64,000 nt of DNA from Chiloscyllium plagiosum (taxonomy: Eukaryota). This document shows positions 24,697-37,299 of this stretch, one piece after another (positions within the stretch are counted from its first letter, which is position 1; the number at the start of each line of letters is the position of its first letter). The DNA lies in contig NC_057754.1 of assembly GCF_004010195.1 (NCBI RefSeq), forward strand, positions 1,526,823-1,590,822, given 5' to 3'. The notes beneath the pieces were generated by a model. That model was not told the origin of the DNA. It saw nothing but the letters and a program-made list of their open reading frames with translations, and did no database searches. The position numbers were made by a program, and so were the translations under genes.

Positions 24697-24992
24697 TGTC
24701 AGCTGAGTCTTAGTTGGTAATGCTCTGACCTCTGAATCAAAAGGTTGTGAGTTCAAATTCCATTCCAGACACTTGAGCACAAAATCTAGGCTGACATTCT
24801 GAGGGCTGTCGTAATTATCTGTTGATGCTATTGATTTTTGGGTCATTCTCACATTGTTATGTGTGGGAATTTGCTGAATACAAATTGGTATATCCTGCTT
24901 TATAACAGTGACTGCCCTTCAAAAGGTATGTAAATGGGTGTAAAGCGATTTGGCATATTCCAAAGTCATGAAAGATGCTTTAGTCTTTCTTT
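24697..24992 (+). mobile_element. Deu-domain SINE, internally deleted
   Basis: tRNA-like head (ctctgaatcaaaaggttgtgagttcaaattcc) and a Deu/tail segment shared with 17985-18392. Confidence 0.65.
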
Positions 24993-25029
24993 ATGACTCA
25001 CCACATTTGAATTGTTTGCTGAGTCTTTC

Positions 25030-26185
25030 AGCTAACCTTCATGATGGAAGACGCAAGTAATATCCCAAAGATTTAAGAAAGTGAAGGGGTAGAGCTGAAT
25101 GTGGTGCCCATCAGCAAGGAAAAGGTGCCAGAAAGACTGAATGGTGGATAAATCACCAGATGGACTACACCACAGTGTTTGAAGGGAGATAGCTGATGAG
25201 ATAGTGGATGTGTTATTAGTGATCTTTCAGGAATTGCTAGAATCAGGGAGGATCCCAGAGAACTGGAAAATCACTAACGTGACACCCCTGTTTAAAAAAA
25301 GAGTCAGGCAAAAGGCAGAAAATTACAGACTGATTAGCCTAACCTCAGTTGTGGGTAAGCTCCTGGAATCCATTGTGAAGAATGAGATTTCTGAGTACTT
25401 GGAAGTATATGGTAAAATAGGGCAAAGTCAGCATAGTTTCATCAAAGGGAGGTCATGCTTGACAAATCTGCTAGAATTCTTTGAGGAAGTAATGAGCAGG
25501 TTAGACCAAGGAGAGTGAATGGATGCTATCTACCTGGATTTCAAGAAGGCCTTTGACGAGGTGCCGCACAGGAGGCTACTGAGTAAGCTAAGGACCCATG
25601 GTGTCATAGGCAAGGTGCTCGCATGGATAGAAGCTTGGCTGTGTGGCAGAAAGCAGAGAGTGGAGATAAAAGGGTCCTTCTCAGGGTGGCAGGTGGTGCA
25701 AGAGGTGTTCTGTAAGGCTCCTTCAGAGGAGGTTCGTGAGACTGGTCCCAGGAATGAAAAGTTTAATATGTGAGGAACATTTGAGGACTCTGGGTTTATA
25801 CTTGATGAAGAAACAGACAGAATACTGAATGGCCTGGACAGAGTGGATATTGGGAAGATATTTCCATTGGTAGGAGAGACTAGGGCCTGAGGGCACAGCC
25901 TTAGAGTAAAGGGAAGACCTTTTAGAACAGAGATAAGGAGAAACCTCTTCAGTCAGAAAGTGCTGAATCTATGGAATTCATTACCACAGAAGGCTGTGGA
26001 GGCCAGGTCATTGAGTATATTTAAGACTGAGATAGATAGGCTCTTGAGTATCAAGGAGATCGAGGGTTCTGGGGAGAAAACAGGAGAATGGGGTTGAGAA
26101 ACTTATCAGCCATGATCGAATGGCAGAGCAGACTCAATGGGCTGAATGGTTTAAATTTCTGCTCCTATGTCTTATGGCCTTGTGG
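25030..26185 (+). mobile_element. CR1-type LINE with internal deletions
   Basis: NWKITNVTPLFKK..NYRLISLTSVVGKLLES; YLDFKKAFDEVPH; 3' tail. Confidence 0.9.
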
Positions 26186-26364
26186 TATGAATTCTTCAGC
26201 TTCGACTATGTGGATTTTAGTAATGTCTCTTCTTTTAGTATTTTATTTAACATTTCCCTCCCCTCAACCCAATCACCACCACCATCACATGTTGCTTCAA
26301 CATTACAGGAGAATTGCAATTTTAGCAACATCTTTCAAACGTGGATTTTTGGTTGGAATTCGAT

Positions 26365-27110
26365 GAAGTGGTGGAGACTGGTACAATTACAACATTTAAA
26401 AGGTGTCTGGAAGGGCACTTGAATAGGAAGGGTTTAGAGGGATATGAGCCAAGTGCCGGCAAATGGGGCTAGATTAGTTTAGGATAGCTGATTGGCACGG
26501 ATGAGTTAGACTGAAGAGGCTGTTTCCGTGCCTTACTTTTCTACGATGGGTAGCTGATTTCTTTCTGCCACTTCATGCCGATGCTCCTGTAATGGTTTAC
26601 ATTATTTCAGTTCATGTTCAAATGTTTTTAATGTATTTTCTGCTGCACAAATTGAGGGATCTTAATATTTGAAAATCTGAAGCCAAATAGAGAGATCTTG
26701 AAATTCACAGAAACATAGTGTCATTGAATTCTAGATTAGAAGAAAGCCATTTGGCCCAATTAGAGTCAAAGAATGATAGAGGTGTACAGCACAGAAACAG
26801 ACCCTTTCGTCCATCCCGTCCATGCTGATCAGATAACCTAAGCTAGTCCCTGTATAAAAGGGACCTCAGGGGCAACTTTTTCACACAGAGGGTGATGCAT
26901 GTATGGAATGAGCTGCCAGACGAAGTCGTGGAAGCTGGTACAATTCCAACATATAAAAGGTATCTGAATGGGGACTTGAATAGGAAGGGGTTAGAGGGAT
27001 GTGGGCCAAGTACTGCAAATGGGACTAGATTAGGTTAGGGTATCTGGTTGGCATGGATGGATTGATTGGATCAAAGGGTCTGTTTCTGTGCTGTACATCT
27101 CTATGACTCT
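26365..27110. mobile_element. CR1 3'-end fragments, including an inverted pair (26762-26850 minus, 26851-27110 plus)
   Basis: Similar to the 2484-2861 3' end in both orientations. Confidence 0.8.
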
Positions 27111-28596
27111 AGCCTTACTCGCATGTTCCTTTGAATCAAATGAATCTGCTTCCACTCATCCTTTCAGACATTGCTTTGCAAATTGGAACAACTCGCTGTT
27201 TAAAAATATTTCTACTCCTCTTTCCCTTGATCAGTATTGAAATATAAAGTCAGTCTTCAGATATCTTGTGTACTTTTATGATTTTCGATCTTCTTTCTTG
27301 ACTACAGATGTTTACCTTGAAGAGAATAATCTGGAACCAAAGTTCCTGCTCGCTTTCTCTGAACTGGCTTGAATTGCCTGTGGCACTAAACTTTATGCTA
27401 ATATATATTTGTGTGTCTGCTTTAGAGCTGTTTCTATACCTATTGTCATATATTTTTCCATTTGATCAGTTAAGTGTTTTCTCTAAATCCCTGTGACACA
27501 ATTCTCCTCTACACAATGTCTGTAAATAGGATTTGACATTTGTATTAAGGTTACAGTGTGCCAGATGTATGTGTCAAGTTCCCCTGATGGCTCAGCTTTT
27601 TAAAGGTTGAGTGCGGTTACATTATCCAGACCAGAAATGGCCCAGATATGATAAACGGACTGGCTGATCTCAATTGGGGCAATATCAAGCACATTGCAAT
27701 TGCCTTTTGCATTGCTGGGCAAGTGAGAAATTTATCTCGGTTCCCTGCTTCTGCTCTGTTGTCCTTCAGTGTGTGCTGGAAGCCAAGTGAGACCTGTTCC
27801 TGCTGATGCATATTGTTTAAATTTATGTGTGAAAAATTGCTTGGGTAAGGCACCAGAAACTGGATCACTTCACTCCAAGGAGCCCTAACCCAGAAAAGAG
27901 GGTGAAAATTGACAGGAGGAGAATTAGAAAAAACTGTAGCTTATTCATTATCAGGCTCTGTTGAAATGCCGTGGTACCTCAAGGCCAGTTTCTGTGACAG
28001 CTCAGCCAAGTTCGACAAAGAAAGAGCACAGATTCTGTCATGGGTTGATCCAATTTCTGAGGACCATTGCAGTACATTTATATCTTAAAGAAATTGTAAT
28101 AGTGAAGAGTGGCAGAAAAATAACACAGAAGAGGCTATCAACCTCCAGGCAACATATAATTAAAATTGAAAAATAATAACACGCAGCACACTGATGTAGC
28201 AGCATCTTGCAGCAAAAGGCAAACAAAAGGGTTGTCAATTTTAATAGGTATCCTTTTAGTACACCCACAAATTGCTAACACAATTCTTAGAACATTATCA
28301 TAAAAAGAGAAACATATTCATTTAGAAATCATTTTCTTCTCTGTCATAAATGATGCATCTTCAACAGTAGCATGTCTCCCCACCCTGCAGTTTTTTTCCT
28401 GGAGTTGGGCCAAGAATTATGTTGAGAACGATGTATTACTTTAAGTTTAATTTACATTTTGGGGTTAAAAAGCAGAGAGACGTTGCTTTTAGTTTCATTT
28501 TGTAGAGTTGTTCTGTTAGTGGTGCTGTAAAATGTGAAAGTTTGCTTGCTTACATGTATTTTGGTGTGGTTTTGAACCCTTAAGCATTAAAAATTA

Positions 28597-28815
28597 AAGG
28601 TGAAGTTGCCATAGTCCTACCGGATCATAGGGCTTCTGTCTCATGATAGAGATGACTGGTGGTGATTTAACCTGAGGGTCACCACGCTTCAGGCAAGGGG
28701 GGAGATTGAGAAGGAGAGTCCTTCATGGTAATATCAACCAGTGCAGGAATTGAACCCATGCTATTGATATCACTCTGCATCACAAACTGGTCATCCAGCC
28801 AATTGAACTAACCAA
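28597..28815 (-). mobile_element. tRNA-derived SINE (different family)
   Basis: Minus-strand A-box-like TAGTTCAATTGG and B box GGTTCAATTCC. Confidence 0.6.
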
Positions 28816-31800
28816 AACCACTCCCCTACCCTGCCCTTCAAGCATTGGCCATTAACAAAAAAAATGTAGAAGAGAAAAATGTTGTTCTATTGCATTTTGT
28901 TCGAGGTTCAGGGATACGAAGAAAGAACAGTCCAGAAAGACAGTTAGTCTTGTGTGTAAGTATGCTAGAGAGTGGAGGCTCACGAGTAAGAAACCTGGCA
29001 AAAGCTGTTAGGAGCTGAGTTTAGGGCACTCATGCTTAAGCATTAGTTCAGTGTGCTGCTCAGGAATTGTTTGAAAGGAAACCGCTTGCAGCTGTAATAA
29101 TCTGAACAAGAAGCCTTAGTGTGGAGATAGTGGAAAACTTCACTGGATTCAGGTATTTCGAGGGATATTGCTTGAATAAAAGGTATAATGTTTTAGGCTC
29201 CTTTTCTGATGTTTGTAGTGTCATGACTCATTGCAGTAGTACTCCTGTATTTCTTGAATCACAAATATGCTTAAACCATCAAATGTGCAATTTTACCAGA
29301 TTGTGTAATTCATGTTAAAAGAATATGCACACTAGACTTTTTCATAAACGAGAGAATAGCTATTTATTGCAATCAGCTGTATTTTAACCAAAAGCAAAAA
29401 ATAGACAAATTGAGTTGCTAAGCAATATAATGTAAACTCTATCTCATTCTCAAAATTCCCATAAACATGCACATGGATTCACAAAGACACAGGTCACAAA
29501 TATTATAAGTCAAGAAGGAAAACAAATGTCACAGAAGCGCAGTATGATGCCAATCTCACAGACTTTGAGTCTCTTTTTTTCATTTCTTTATACTCTTTGT
29601 TGATAATACAAAGTAGTGAATACACTGACTTTCAGTCTTTCATTCGCTGGTTATGATCCATACTTTCGCTGCCTCTTCAGGTGGTTTTTCCCCTTTTCCT
29701 TTGAACAGTGGATTTGCAGAGAGAACAATTTACAGAGAACGGTGAGGAAGAGTAGCTAGCTGCTATGGATTTTCTTTTATTTATCTACACAGACAGGAGA
29801 GAGAGATGGATGCTTTGTCTTTGCAGGCTGGATGTTTCTCCTGTATTGTTCTCACCTAAGCTGTGACCACCTGCCTACTAATCAATCAATCAATCAAGGA
29901 AGTAGTTATTACAATGCTGACTCCTGAGTCCAGAACAACTGATCCTGATTGAAAAGACAGTTGGAAAACTGTCTCTGACTAAAGCTGTCCTGAACACACA
30001 AGTGATAGAAGTTTGTTCCATTAACATGTTTTTAAAGATTCCACATCATGAATAAAGGAATTCCTCCTTTTATCAGTCGTAAATGGGTTGTGTTATTTTG
30101 ATGTCCTCTGCCTAGACCCTCTCCCCTGCTCCTCCAGTGGAAACATTTTTTTTGCATCTACCCTGTAAAATCCGGTAAGATTGTCTTTCATTCTTCTGAG
30201 TGTTAGAGAATACAGTCTTGATAGTTCCACTTCTCTCCTTAATGCATTCCCATCCTCCACGCTCACTTAATCCCAAATTCTGTTGTCCATATTCTCTCAA
30301 TTTTGTGTTTAAATCTGCTCATGTTCCTGTATCTCCCCATCTCTATGACCTCCTTAGACTTGAATGATATCCAGTATATTAAATCATGTACATTTAAATA
30401 TGTCAATCAGTAAGACATTGAAATAATATTTCTGAAGGACCTTTAACAATAAACTATCCTTAATTAAAATAGGTACCATTAACAGGAGAATATTAATCTT
30501 TTGTAGATGCTGCTGTTCAAACACAATTATTGTTTTAAATGCTGCAGAGAGTTGTAGATTTCTATCTTAGATCAACTTGTATGTGCTGCCCAGATAACAA
30601 GTACCTTTGTTTTTTTCCTGCTGTTTGCTGTAAATGTCAAATGTTATTTTGAACTGAAGACAACTGACAGCCATCTATTATTTATTTTCCTGTGTTTTCC
30701 TGTATATTTTATAGTTGAGGTGAATCTTCCTTTATTAAGTTGAAGGCGTGTACTGTACATTTGAGAGTGAAAGCTGAAAAGCTGGCAAGCACCTGTCATG
30801 TGACTGACAGCAGGTACAAAGTGTACTGGACAATCTGAAGATGTAACATTTGAGCTGTAACTCAGATACTGAGTTGTTTTCACAACGATTCAAATTTATC
30901 CAATCAGTTTAAGTTATGCCCCAAGGTACTAAAACCCAATCAAATTTGAATTTTACTGTTTTGACAACATCGAAGCAATGAGACAATTTGATGTTTTGGG
31001 ATATAAAAACATTTTGGACAGTCAGCCAGAAAAAGAGCACCTTCTGCCTTCAAATGACTGCTATTCAAAACACTCTCTCTAAAAGGTACCTTTTTTCATA
31101 TGAAATTTTTACGCAGCAGAAGACCAAAGATGACTTAGGGAGGTCTGCAGAGGAGGATCAACTCAGCTGGTTGGTTTTGAAAATTGATTTGCTGTAAATT
31201 TAATTAGGGCTTTATTGGATTGTTATGCTGTCACAGAATGGGAGGTAGATAACAAACCTTTTAAGAGAAAGGATGATTAGGGTTGTGAATAATTGATGTT
31301 ATGAAGCGAGGTGAGCTTTTCTGTGTGTTTGGTTTAATTAACAGAAGGGTTTACTCCATGGCATAACACTTCCAATGTGAGGTAGAAACCAGGTGACAAG
31401 CAATACCAAATTTCAAAGCATTAGGGGCTGGCCGTATGTTTACCCCCATTAGTTTTATTTCTAACAAACACATCAGCTTGAGATGGGAAACAGAAAAGCA
31501 ATGAACAAAAGAGGCTTTAAATATTTTACTCCACAAATGCTGATTGATCTGCTGAGAATTACCAGGATTTTTGTTTATAATTTAGATTTCCAGCCTCCAC
31601 TGATTTTGCTTTTCTGTTCAGCTATAAAATCAATATCTATTGCACTGACTCTTATTTTTAAAGCATTCCTTTCCACAACCTCAAAACATAACCCGTCTTA
31701 CACCCCTGAGTCATCCTTCATCCTGCAGTACACATCATATCTGACTGTAGAAGATATTGATGTGGGAGGTGTAAGGGGTTATATATTTTTCTTTTCTGGA

Positions 31801-33622
31801 CTAGAAATTGAAGTGGATGTTGGACTGCTACATTACTAAAATACTCGGAGAATTTTGCAACTTTATTACTTCTTGAAGCATTAAGACTATTACTTTGAGA
31901 CTGAGTGGGACCAAGGGTCTTTGAATTAAGGAAAGACTGCTTGATAATAAATAGCCCTTGGATTACTGGAGCTGCAGTTTGCTGCAAATCAGCAGGTGCA
32001 GAGCAGTTTGAGACATCCAGTGCCTGCAAACTGAAAGCACCTTTCTCTCTCCATGTGGATAAAAACAGAAAAAAACCCATGAAAGCTTAAAAGAGAGGAT
32101 TCTAACAAGAAAAGGCCTTTGTTTGTGAGATCAATTATTGCAGTGAAAAACAATGAAAGACAACATCATTGCTAAAATCAAAAGGAGTGGATGAGACAAT
32201 TTAACACACCCTTTCAGAATCTGGACTTCTGATCTTCAGAATTTTCTTTACATTTTTTTCTGCCTATAACATCTGTGTCAAGCTACCTGTCTTTGTCTGC
32301 CTTAAGTGTGTCCATATATTTGGGGTTTTTGAAGGATTGTCGATTAGGATTCCTTTCTTTACTATTTGCTAAAGTGTGTTACAGTAAATATACTTACTTT
32401 TTGTTAATATTGAAACCTGTTGTGAATTGCTTTTGTCCTGAATAGTAGTCACAGGCGATTGGTCAGGTTAGTTAATGGTCTCATTAAGATTTTATGCATT
32501 TTGCAATGGTTTGTAGAAGAGATGATTTCCAGAAAGAAAAGAGGACATGACGTATGATGGCCAGGAAGAAGATCAATGCTTGTAGTGACCCCAAGCAAAA
32601 TGGGGCAACCGAAAGAAAATGAAGAATGTTAAACATGATATAGGCAGACTCACTCACATGCAACCTGAATTAGGGAAATACAAATATGCATAAACTGGGG
32701 CTGTTTCTTTTAGATTGAGGAATATTATTTGGCGGAGATGAATCCACATGGAACAGAGCAGATAGAAATTGATAAGCTGTTTTCAGCAATTGAGGAACCT
32801 ACGTATGAGGCAAGTTTTAAAAAAAATATACAAAGGAGCAGTTAATGCTATAGAATTACAGTGGTTGAGGCAGAGCCTGCAATCAGCATTCCCAAATGGG
32901 TTAGATATGTCGTTGAATGTCATGTTGGACTTGAAATGATACCTCTGTTTCTCCTCACAAGCTGCCAGACCTGCTAGTTTCTTCAACACTGTTTTTATTT
33001 CAGATTTGCATCATCTGCCATATTTAGTTTTTATTAGGTTAGGTGTATGGTTGGAGATCTCTGGTCCCACTAGCCCGAAGGATGCCACAATGTTGGCAGT
33101 GAACTGATCTTGCATTCATCTGAACCACATGAATTGTTGGGAGGTGTCGAGTCTCACCATTCCAGCGCAGGAAATTCACCACAAGTTTCTAGCTTGTAAG
33201 ATTAATTGTGTGGATAAAGAAAATCTGGAATATCAAATTAACTTTGTTGTAGTGCGATTGGGATAGGGGAGGGGAATGAGCATGGGTGCTACTTAAAGGC
33301 AGCTCCTTGTCTCTTTCTGTACTGATGCTTCATCCTGAATCAACTTTCTTGGCAGTTTTTCTCATTGCTTTCCACTCAGGGCTAGGGTGAGAGGAGACAA
33401 CCCAAAGTCTAATCATATACTAACCATTTGGCCAACTGAACTAACCTGCCTCACAGGACAAAGTAACATCAGTTTAAATTAGTAAAGGATAAATGTGTGG
33501 CAGACTTTACACAAGGTATGGACCATGCAATAGAGTCCTTCAGGAAATACTTGTAATTAGGCGACATTGGATATTTCTAGCTGGATGAATTAAGATGGTC
33601 CAAAAGACCCGACTCACATGTA

Positions 33623-33791
33623 GGAGAAAGTGAGGACTGCAGATGCTGGAGACCAGAGTTGAAAAATGTGATGCTGGAAAAACACAATAGGCCAGGCAGC
33701 ATCCGAGGAGCAGGAGAATGAAGAAGGGCTTATACCCGAAACGTCGATTCTCCTGCTCCTCGGATGCTGCCTGGCCTGCTGTGTTTTTCCT
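33623..33791. mobile_element. PLE-derived fold-back mini-element with 11-bp TSD
   Basis: TSD ACTCACATGTA at 33612-33622 and 33792-33802. Inverted 44-bp arms at 33676-33719 and 33747-33790 enclose a hammerhead-like core. Confidence 0.85.
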
Positions 33792-34461
33792 ACTCACATG
33801 TAACCAACTCATAATGTTCCTAGTTTGTTCTCCTCAGATGGAGGAGAGAGAGAGAGAGAATACATAGGGACTAGAGTGAAAAAGAAGTAGAAACAAAATT
33901 GTTTAGCAGAGAGGCAAGCAGGCTTTTATTCACGTGTCTGTCATTTCCTCCTTGTTTCAGTAGAAATGCAAAAGAGGTGATGTGGGTTGATCTGTTCCTT
34001 ATATTTTGTTTTATCTTCCATTTTGAGGAGCAATGCTTGATTTTTCTAGTGTTTTGGCTGAAATTGAGAATTGGTTCAAATTAAAGACAGTGATTGCCGA
34101 AATCAATACATCAGTCTGCTGTTTGTTTTAAAAACAGGAATGCACTCAGTTATAATTATCTTTCTGATATATCTTTCAATAAATATATGCTTAATTATCA
34201 GTTTCAAAGTTTATTTATTCGAATGAATCATCAAGGCACTTAAAAGATCACAGAGCATGTTATGTAGATGATGCATTGAATATGCTTAATCCACATTGAA
34301 ATTTGAGATTTAATCTCTGTTTGTCACACTTCATTAGTTCCCAAATCCTGTTTTCCTGTCTCTGATTTCCAAGGCAGCGTAGTGCCTTTGTTAAAGTGTA
34401 AAGAAGGTATTAATGAACTGGAATTGAGCAGAATGTACAATTCCTAGTTCATTTTAACTAA

Positions 34462-34547
34462 CATCTGATGAAGGAGCGACGCTCCAAAAGCTAGTGTGTT
34501 TCCAATTAAACCTGTTGGACTATAACCTGGTGTTGTGTGATTTTTAA
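34462..34547 (+). mobile_element. 86-bp PLE-derived insert headed by a hammerhead motif, 12-bp TSD
   Basis: TSD CATTTTAACTAA at 34450-34461 and 34548-34559. Motif is CTGATGA-a-ggagc gac gctcc-aAAA-GCTA. Confidence 0.85.
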
Positions 34548-35929
34548 CATTTTAACTAAAACTGTCATTTCTATGCAGAGGAAAATTATTGAGGAATGAA
34601 TGAATTCTTCTGCAGTTCCAGTTCTTTAGACCGTTCCTGCTCTGAAAATTTCAATGGGAATTGACTAAAACCGTTCAAAAAGGCTACAAATCTCATGCCA
34701 GTACCGTGGCTGGCTAATAATAAATAGTTTCTTCTTCGAAGGCTTGGAAAACAACAGATCCTGAGCAAATAAAAATTAGTTGCTGAGCAGGGCATGTTAA
34801 AAAAAATTGCTGACCCAAATGGTGAGGGATTAAAAGTTCAGCTGGCCTTGGACCTATGGTTCTATGAGCTGGATTCAATTGGTTGAATTTGAGAAAAAGG
34901 GTTGTAGCAAGATAATAGGCATGACAGGGCTAATGCTGCACAGATGGTTAACGATGTGATGGCTATTGAGGAGCCAGAAAGACGAAGTACAGACGTCACT
35001 GCATTTAAAGCCCTTTTAATTAATAAAAAGAGAGTTACAGTGGGTTAAGCATTGTGAACTGAGGGTGTGTTCAGCTTCAATACACAACAACAAAGTTCCC
35101 TCTTCCGGTGTCACTCAGGATTTATTGGACTCCCTACTCTTTAACAATGTGTGTGGCTGACATTAACAGGCATATATCTGTACTTAGATGAGAAGGCCTT
35201 TGTAAGAAGACAAAGTCACTGTTTTGCCGATTAGCATCTATTTAGAAAGTGATTTTTCTTCTCGGTAGCTACACTTTCCTGTATAACTGAACTTTTTAGT
35301 TATCGTAAGAACCTTATGTACATTTTTCTTTGGATTGGAAATGAGAAGACATGTTTTTTGAAAAAGTAAAAAATGTATGAAAGCTTTTACTAATTTTCAG
35401 AAAATCTGATGTGAAAATTTATTTGATGTCTGTTGTTCATTATTATAAAAAAAACTTTTCTTGGTATGGAGAGATTCTGTTTAAGTGTTGTGGTGATATC
35501 TGAAAAACAAATATTAAAATATAAGAAAAAAAAACGAACACACGGGGCCATTCAGCCTCGAAATTCATACTGTGAAATCATGACTGCTCTGTAAGTTAAC
35601 CCTATGTCCTTAACTTTTGCCCTACCTTAATAAACATCTATCAAAGTTAGATTTAAATTAAAATTGAAGCATCAATTGCCACTTATAGAAAAGAGTTCCA
35701 AACTTTTACCACCATCTGTGTACAGTATTTGTTAATTTCACTCCTGAAAGCTCTTTCTCCAATTTTTAAACTATACTCATTTGACTCCCCAACTAGTGGA
35801 AATACTTCCTCTCTATCTGCTTTCCTAAATATCTGAAGCTTGAATCAAATCACACCTTAATTTTCTAAATTCCAGTAAATACTACCCTAGTTCATTTCAA
35901 GTTCCCTTGTCAATCTGTGTGACCCCTAA

Positions 35930-36775
35930 AGTCATACAGCGTGGAAACCGAGCCTCTGCTCCAACTCATCCGTGCTGACCAGGTTTCCCAAACTAAACGA
36001 GTTCCATTTGCCTACGTTTGGCTCGTATCCCTCTAAACCTTTCCTATTCATGTACCTGCCCAAATATCTTTTTAAATGTTGTAACTGTACTTGCATCTAC
36101 CACTTCCTCTGGCAATTCATTACATATATGCACCACCCTCTGTTTGAAAAAGTTGCCTTTTTAAGACCCTTTTAACTGTTTCCCTCTCCTCTCCCACTTG
36201 CCCTCTAGTTTTGAACTCCCTTACCCTAGGGAAAAGAATATGCCATTCACCATTTCTGTGCCTGCCATGTTTTTATAAATCTCTATAAAGTCACCCCTCA
36301 ATCTCCTATGCTCCAGGAAAAGAAATCCCAGCTTATCCAGCCTTGCCTTATAAATCAAACCTTCCAGACCCAGTAACATCCTTGTAAATCTTTTCTGCAC
36401 CCTTTCCAATTTAATAATATCCTTTCTATAACAGGGCAACCAGAAGTGTACACACTATTCCGAAAGTGACCTCACCGATGTCCTGTACAATGCAACATAA
36501 TGTCCCAACTCCTATCCCCAGTGCTCTAATCAATAAATGCAAGCCTGCCAAATGCCTTCTTCACCACACTGTTTACCTATGATGCCATTTTCCATGAACT
36601 ATGTATCTGAATCCCCAAGTCTCTCTGTTTGACAACACTCTCCATTGCCCTACCATTAACTAAATAAGTCCTGCCCTTGTTGGTCTTACCAAAATGCAGC
36701 ACTTCACATTTATCTAAGTTAAACTCTATCTGACACTCATCAGCCCATTACCCCAGCTGATCAAGATCCCATTGT
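35930..36775 (-). mobile_element. CR1-type LINE RT C-terminus and 3' end
   Basis: PCYRKDIIKLERVQKRFTRMLLGLEGL..RLRGDFIE. Confidence 0.9.
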
Positions 36776-37299
36776 ATTTTAAGACAAGAAATTAATTGAC
36801 TTGTATTGTAGTTAAAATTGTTTCCAACAGTGGCAAGATATTCTTGAAATTGTGTCTAATGGAGGCAAGTGGGCTGGCAAGAACTAAATTGTTTGGCACA
36901 GAGAATAAGTCTTACTGTTCCATCATAGAGAGATATTAGTATGGTAGAGAGATAATGAAAGGAGCAATTATTTCTATTCATCCAGATAGTTTTTCTTTTT
37001 TGAAAGGTTTTTTTGGTTGATTTTGAAATTAAATGTTAACAATAAGGGGGATGAAATAATTCAAAGTCATCTCAGCCCAAGAGTATAGAATGAGGCACAA
37101 CGAATAGTTTTCAATATCTGTGTTCTTAGGCGGCCCCCTTATACCAAGTCATGCTTTAGATATTGCCAACTGTTGAAACAGGAAGTCACCATTGAACATA
37201 TTCACACATTCATGGTCAAAACGGAGCAAGCCATGTATAGGCATAGTTAGAGAGAATGATAGAAACTGTGTGAGGCCATGTCAGCAAAATGGTTACCTG

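Noticed and set aside
27290..27375. Strong-looking acceptor followed by a short phase-1 reading to a stop (alternative last exon?)
   Set aside because: Such acceptors are common by chance in long AT-rich introns. No donor or homology.
29280..32520. Possible old LTR-like segments (about 29280-30100 minus, about 31700-32500 plus)
   Set aside because: Termini and TSDs could not be defined.
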